Part shown: positions 59,132-64,000 of the stretch, in pieces
Numbering within the stretch: position 1 is the stretch's first letter
Layout: the number at the start of each line of letters is the position of its first letter
Assembly: GCF_964188315.1 (NCBI RefSeq)
Contig: NC_135657.1
Span: 99,634,001-99,698,000, forward strand
From: Podarcis muralis
Taxonomy: Eukaryota
Direction: 5' to 3'
DNA: 64,000 nucleotides
Notes under the pieces: model-generated
What the model was told of the DNA's origin: nothing
Databases searched by the model: none
The model's input: only the letters and a program-made list of their open reading frames with translations
Position numbers and translations under genes: made by a program

Positions 59132-61050
59132 ATGGTAAGCATCCTTTCCTATTGTCTTGCTTTGACAACCACAGCTAATGAAAGGAAGGGAGGCAGGTGG
59201 CATAAATGTACAAAACGTATTCATGGTGTAGAGAAAGTGGATAGAGAGAAGCCTTTTTTTGTCCCCTTCTCCTAATACTGGAACTGACAGACAGCCAATG
59301 GAACTGACTGATGGTAGACCCAAGACAACACACAGCTCATTTATGGAACTCACTGCCACAAGATGTGGAGACATGGCCACTAGTTTATAGGATTCGGAGA
59401 CATCATCACTGGGGAATGTCTTATCATTGGCTACAAGTCGTGACAGGTATGGGGAACCTCTAAATTCAGAGGCACATGTTGTTGAATACCAGCCCCTGAA
59501 AGGAGAGGGCTGTTGCCTTCGGACTCATGATTGTGGGCTTCCCAGAGGCATCTGGCTTTGCCATTTTGGAAATAGGATACTGAGACTGAAAGGACTTTTG
59601 ATCTTATCTGGCAAGGCTCATTTTGCAATATTATGTAGTAGCAGGCTAAAAAAAGAAAGGTATAAGGGCACAAAATACTCTGTCATTCTATGTAAATGAC
59701 TACAAAAGTCAGATGATTTGCCTGTCTGTCTCTTTCTCTCCAGTACGGATTCATCAACACTTGCCTGAAGTCTCTTCTAATAGAGAAATTTGGTGAAGAA
59801 ACCTGGGAACATCTCAAGTGAGTATGTGTACCTTTCCGACATTGTACGAGTGAGATTTGAAAACTTAAAAGTCAAGCAGGGGATAATTCTTTCAGTTATG
59901 GATACACTAGAGAGAAACACGGAAAAAAGAAGATCCTTGTTGCATCTTAAAGACTAACAGATTTATTGTGGCATGAGATTGTGTGGACATTTGTCCACTT
60001 CATCAGATTCATTCAGAAAGCTGCATCTGACATGAAGCGAGCTCTAGTGTGAAATTTGTTAGGTCCACAAATATTTAGAGGGCCACAGTTAACATTTGGG
60101 AAGGATAAAAAAAACAATTCAGAATGGGTTCAGCAACATCTCTGGCAACTGCAGTGGTACATGCGCCCTATTTTTGTTTTATACAATTCATGCATGTTCG
60201 TGCATGTTTCACAGTAGGCTCCATCTTAAAAGAGGCATTCTCTCCTGTTGGAGAGAGAAGGGGAAATTCCTGTTTTTAAGAAGGTGCCTGCCAACTGTGG
60301 GTTTGTAAGCACTTGAAGAACGATTTTACTGGGTTAAAAAAACCCCAAAAATCTCTCTCTAATTCATTTTGTGTACATTTAAAATGGTTTTAAGAAAATT
60401 ATGCAAGTAACATTGCAGTCTTCCTTAAAAGTTTTGCATTGATATATTTTTAAGTAGATTGTACACATCGCACAATAAATCATGCTCTCCGTTTCGTTTT
60501 ATATTCAGATGCTGATGTTAGTTTTGATGCTTTTACAGGACAAAAACTGGGATTGAAGACACCTTTATGACATACACAGTGTATGATGATGCTGTCACAA
60601 TGAAGCTGGTCCAAGAAACCTGCAAAACACTAAGTTGTGAAACATGTTCTGGTTTCATTTATTATATTTGCATTCTTTTAATTTTGCCTTTTAAAAATTC
60701 TCTTTCTGGCTTTTAATTTACTTTGATGTTATGTTTAACTGTATTGTTTGGTTTATATTGTTTTATCTTATGGAATAAGCTTAGTTTAGGGACAAAGAAT
60801 TGTGCAACCCAATTCTGAATGTGTTTTCTGCCGCCCTGGGTTCTTTGGGGAGGAAGGGAGGGATAGAAATACAATCAATGAATAAATAAATAAAATACTG
60901 ATGGACAAGTAAAACATGCAACATGATCCAAGGAATGTTTACTCAGAAGTAAGCTGCATTATGTTCCATTGGACTTAGTCCTAGGAAAGTATGTATGGGG
61001 TACAACTTAAATTCAATTGCAAATTGCACTTGTTTCTAGGCAAATGGGCA

Positions 61051-61098
<48 letters not shown>

Positions 61099-62785
61099 TG
61101 TCGTGGAAGTAAGTCCCATTGGACTTATTTAAAGTGGGCCTGTCAGCTTCATCAGTGGAGCATGGTGCCTCTGCCTTGACTCCAGATGAAGGCCATGGGG
61201 TATCCTTCCCATTCAGGGGTGTGGAATCTGTGGCCCTCCAGAAGTTGCTTTCATCCCTGATCGTTGGGCTAGCTGGCTGGAGCTGGCTGAAGTTGCCGTC
61301 CCATTACACCTGGGGGAGGCTGCAGGTTTCCCACCCCTGCCTTAGCTAATCATCCAGTTCCCTCATCAGCTGCACTTTTTGCCCACCAAAACAGCTAAAT
61401 GGAGCTCCTACTGAAATGCAAGAACTAGCCTTGCGATTGACGTCTCTGCTGTCCCGCCCATTGCCCTGTGAGAACTGTACACATTTCTCTGAATGGAGAA
61501 ATTTTGTGAAGAAAGTCATATGATACTGGGGGCATTAACAATTGCTAGGGTGTTGCGTTGAGGGGGGGGAACAGGCAAGTCTTCTTCATGGCAAAAGGTA
61601 TACTTTCTGCTGTGCGCAGGTATGTCTCCTTCCTGTCCTCTGCCAAACGCAATATTAGTGCTATGCCATGCCACACACTCTCCTCACATCACCAAACAAG
61701 GGGTAGCTAGGTTGGCAGGAGCAGGGACCGAGCAACAGGAGCTCACTCCATCACAGGGATTCAAACCGCTGAGCTTCTGATCGGCAAGCCCTAGGCTCTA
61801 TGGTTTAACCCACAGCGCCACCCGGGTAGGGTCGACCATATGTTTCCTGGCAAGAGAAGAGATCTTTCTGAGCAGCTGAGAGGTCTCTGCATTCAGACTA
61901 GGACGTTGGCCAGGCTTGTGATCTTTTGAGAAGGTGTAATGGCTGGATTTTGCTCATGCTCAGTGCTTAAGAGCGATTATTCCAACCCTGTTATTATTTG
62001 TTCATCTCATTTATTTCCACTCAGAGCTGTCAGAAGAGGTAGTGCTCAAACTTTTTGGGGAATACTTTTTCAGTTTCTGTAAGATGTCTGGATACGACAG
62101 AATGCTACGGACCCTAGGAGGAAATTTGATGGAGTTTATCGAGAACCTTGATGCCCTTCATAGCTATCTTGCCTTGTCCTACCAGGTACCTCCTTTGCTG
62201 TGTAGACACAATTCTGAAAAGCCCTTTTAAGAAAATACAAAATAAACAATTTTAGAAAGGGGGGGGTGAATGTGTGACCTGGACCTGGCCTGCCAGTCCC
62301 TGGCAAAACTGAGGGCTTCTTTTCCCTATCACAATGCTGAGGTGAGGGGAAAAGTTTAATCTGCTCATTCTACCTGGGATGGTGTGATACAGCACTGTTC
62401 TCTACTGGGGCAGTTTGATAAGTTTAAAGTCCACCTCTCAGCTTAGTACTACGACTGGGAAACCTACAATGACAATACAAGAATTACAATACAATAATTG
62501 TTCAGTCCGGACACTGAGATCCAGCGCCAAGGGCCTTCTGGTGGTTCCCTCACTGTGAGAAGTGAGGTTACCAGGAACCAGGCAAATTACCTTCTCAGTA
62601 GTGGTGCCCAACCTGTGGAACTCCCTCCCATCAGATATCAAGGAGATAAACAACTAACTTTTAGAAGGAAGCCCTGTTTAGGGAAGTTTTTAATGTTTGA
62701 TGTTTTATTGTGTTTTTCATATTCTGTTTGGAGCCGCCCACAGTGGCTGGTGAAGCCCAGCCAGATGGGCAGGGTATAAATAATA

Positions 62786-62823
<38 letters not shown>

Positions 62824-64000
62824 AAAGCAAAACTGAATCATTTTTCATTCCTCCTCTTGGCCGCACAAGAGAAAGAGAGTAGAGGGAGAAGTATGTGATG
62901 TAACATGAAACTGTGGTTAAGCATTACGACTGAACTCCACACAGGCATTTTGACGCTGAAAAGTTGCCTGGGAAGGGAATGTGGTCCTTGTTTGGAGAAA
63001 GCCCGCTCTCCCCCCCCCCCTTAACAGAATTGTCTCAGAGGCGCTTGTCCCAAGGATGTTAGGAATGCATCTTTTAAGAATGTTGAGCATAACTATTGTG
63101 TGTAGGATTCCCCCCCAAGAAAATAAAGCAATAGTTTTTCTACTTAGGAAATGAATGCGCCATCATTCCGAGTAGAAAGAACCGATGGGATGTTGTTGCT
63201 CCACTATTACTCCGACAGAAAAGGCCTGTATCATATTGTCCCAGGTATACTACAATATCTTGTTCCTTGTCACGTTTTGCTCTGTAAACCTTTTCATAGA
63301 GGGTAGAAAATACGTTTGCACTAATGAACTACCTGTTTCCTATTTTGGGACAATTCCTCCTTCCTCTCCAGTGGTCCTTATGGCCCATCCCACATTGTTC
63401 AACAGGGTTCCCCTCCCTGAGTGCAGTCTCCATGAAGAGAATTCCACCTAAAAAGCCAGAATGCTTCAACCCTAATTGCTAGAGGAGAGGGAAGTCTGGG
63501 CATGTGTGAAGAAGGAAGTATGGAGCATTGTGTTGGTCCAGGAGCGCCTCTTGATTAATGCCAATTGTCCGAATTATGGAGGAGCCAGCCACAAGTCATG
63601 CCTGAGGTGGAGGCTGGTCCATGGCAGCAACACACTCCCAGGCCGCACCCGCTCTGCCTTTCAAGTTGGCAGACACGGGTTTGCGTGGCACAGTGGGATG
63701 CAGTGAGCTCCCCAGACCCCACTGGGGAACATTGCCAGGAATTTTGCCTCATAAATCCTGGCTTTCCCCTGCCTGAACCTGAGGAGCAACCACCATTGAC
63801 TCATGACGTGACCGGAAACACAAACGATTATTCTTTCTTACATAGGAATCCTTGAAGCTGTGTCAAGAGATTTCTTTGACAGCGAAGTGACGCTGAAGAT
63901 TCTTCATCAAGATCTAGAAGAGGAGCGCACTGGGAAGAAAGAACACGTGGTGTTTTTTCTTTCGCAGAATGAGAAAGAAGCAAAGAATGGGATCGAAGAA
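59132..64000 (+). CDS. GUCY1B2: Soluble guanylate cyclase beta-2-like subunit, N-terminal H-NOX domain (partial; continues past the window)
   Basis: Exons 59132-59134 (ATG|gtaagc, inferred), 59744-59817, 60539-60633, 62025-62185, 63148-63244, 63846->64000 join in frame: MYGFINTCLKSLLIEKFGEETWEHLKTKTGIEDTFMTYTVYDDAVTMKLVQETCKTLKLSEEVVLKLFGEYFFSFCKMSGYDRMLRTLGGNLMEFIENLDALHSYLALSYQEMNAPSFRVERTDGMLLLHYYSDRKGLYHIVPGILEAVSRDFFDSEVTLKILHQDLEEERTGKKEHVVFF. The proximal His103 and the Y-x-S-x-R heme motif are present. The sequence is beta2-type rather than beta1-type; orthologue versus paralogue status is unresolved. Confidence 0.88.
61054..61093. repeat. (TA)n microsatellite
   Basis: Read directly from the sequence. 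Confidence 0.95.
61706..61824 (-). mobile_element. Sauria SINE, 5' third only
   Basis: Reverse complement of the head region up to ccaacctagc. Confidence 0.85.
62497..62823 (+). mobile_element. L2-type LINE 3' end with a (TAG)n tail
   Basis: ccttctggtggttccctcac...gcccaacctgtggaactccctccc...gggtataaataataaa followed by (gta)n at 62788-62823. Confidence 0.7.

Noticed and set aside
58447-61824. Complementary SINE halves (3' part on + at 58447, 5' part on - at 61706), both broken near aacctagc, suggesting an inversion breakpoint
   Set aside because: The order and orientation do not fit a single inversion, the GUCY1B2-like exons run collinearly across the interval, and the halves resemble different SINE subfamilies.
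63300-63830. GC-richer intronic stretch with adjacent AP-1 and CRE-like motifs (63797-63811)
   Set aside because: Short motifs are expected by chance, and no element boundaries or second copy could be identified.

Overview
Vertebrate genomic DNA, most likely from a lacertid (Podarcis-like) lizard; this is inferred from abundant Sauria SINEs plus BovB, L1, L2, CR1, Penelope-like, Tigger and hAT relics. I assembled six spliced genes by hand from GT-AG exons. In order they are TMEM14A (+, 101 aa), four intact alpha-class glutathione S-transferases (labelled here GSTA-a on the minus strand and GSTA-b, -c, -d on the plus strand), and the first six exons of an intact soluble guanylate cyclase beta-2-like (H-NOX) gene that runs off the right end. 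The window begins inside the 3' end of a Ty1/copia retrotransposon. Five observations stand out. (1) The inverted paralogues GSTA-a and GSTA-c are almost identical over exons 5-6 but strongly diverged elsewhere, consistent with gene conversion, and the divergence is concentrated in the substrate-site helix 9 (Tyr212 versus Ala212). (2) A GUCY1B2-like gene sits next to the GSTA cluster, a neighbourhood not seen in human. (3) A Penelope-like palindrome-of-palindromes carries minimal hammerhead ribozyme relics. (4) A 1.7-kb internally deleted L1-type element with a 15-bp TSD lies in the 5' region of GSTA-b. (5) GSTA-c appears to have a GSTA-d-like distal 3'UTR. All alignments and counts were done by eye and no database was searched.
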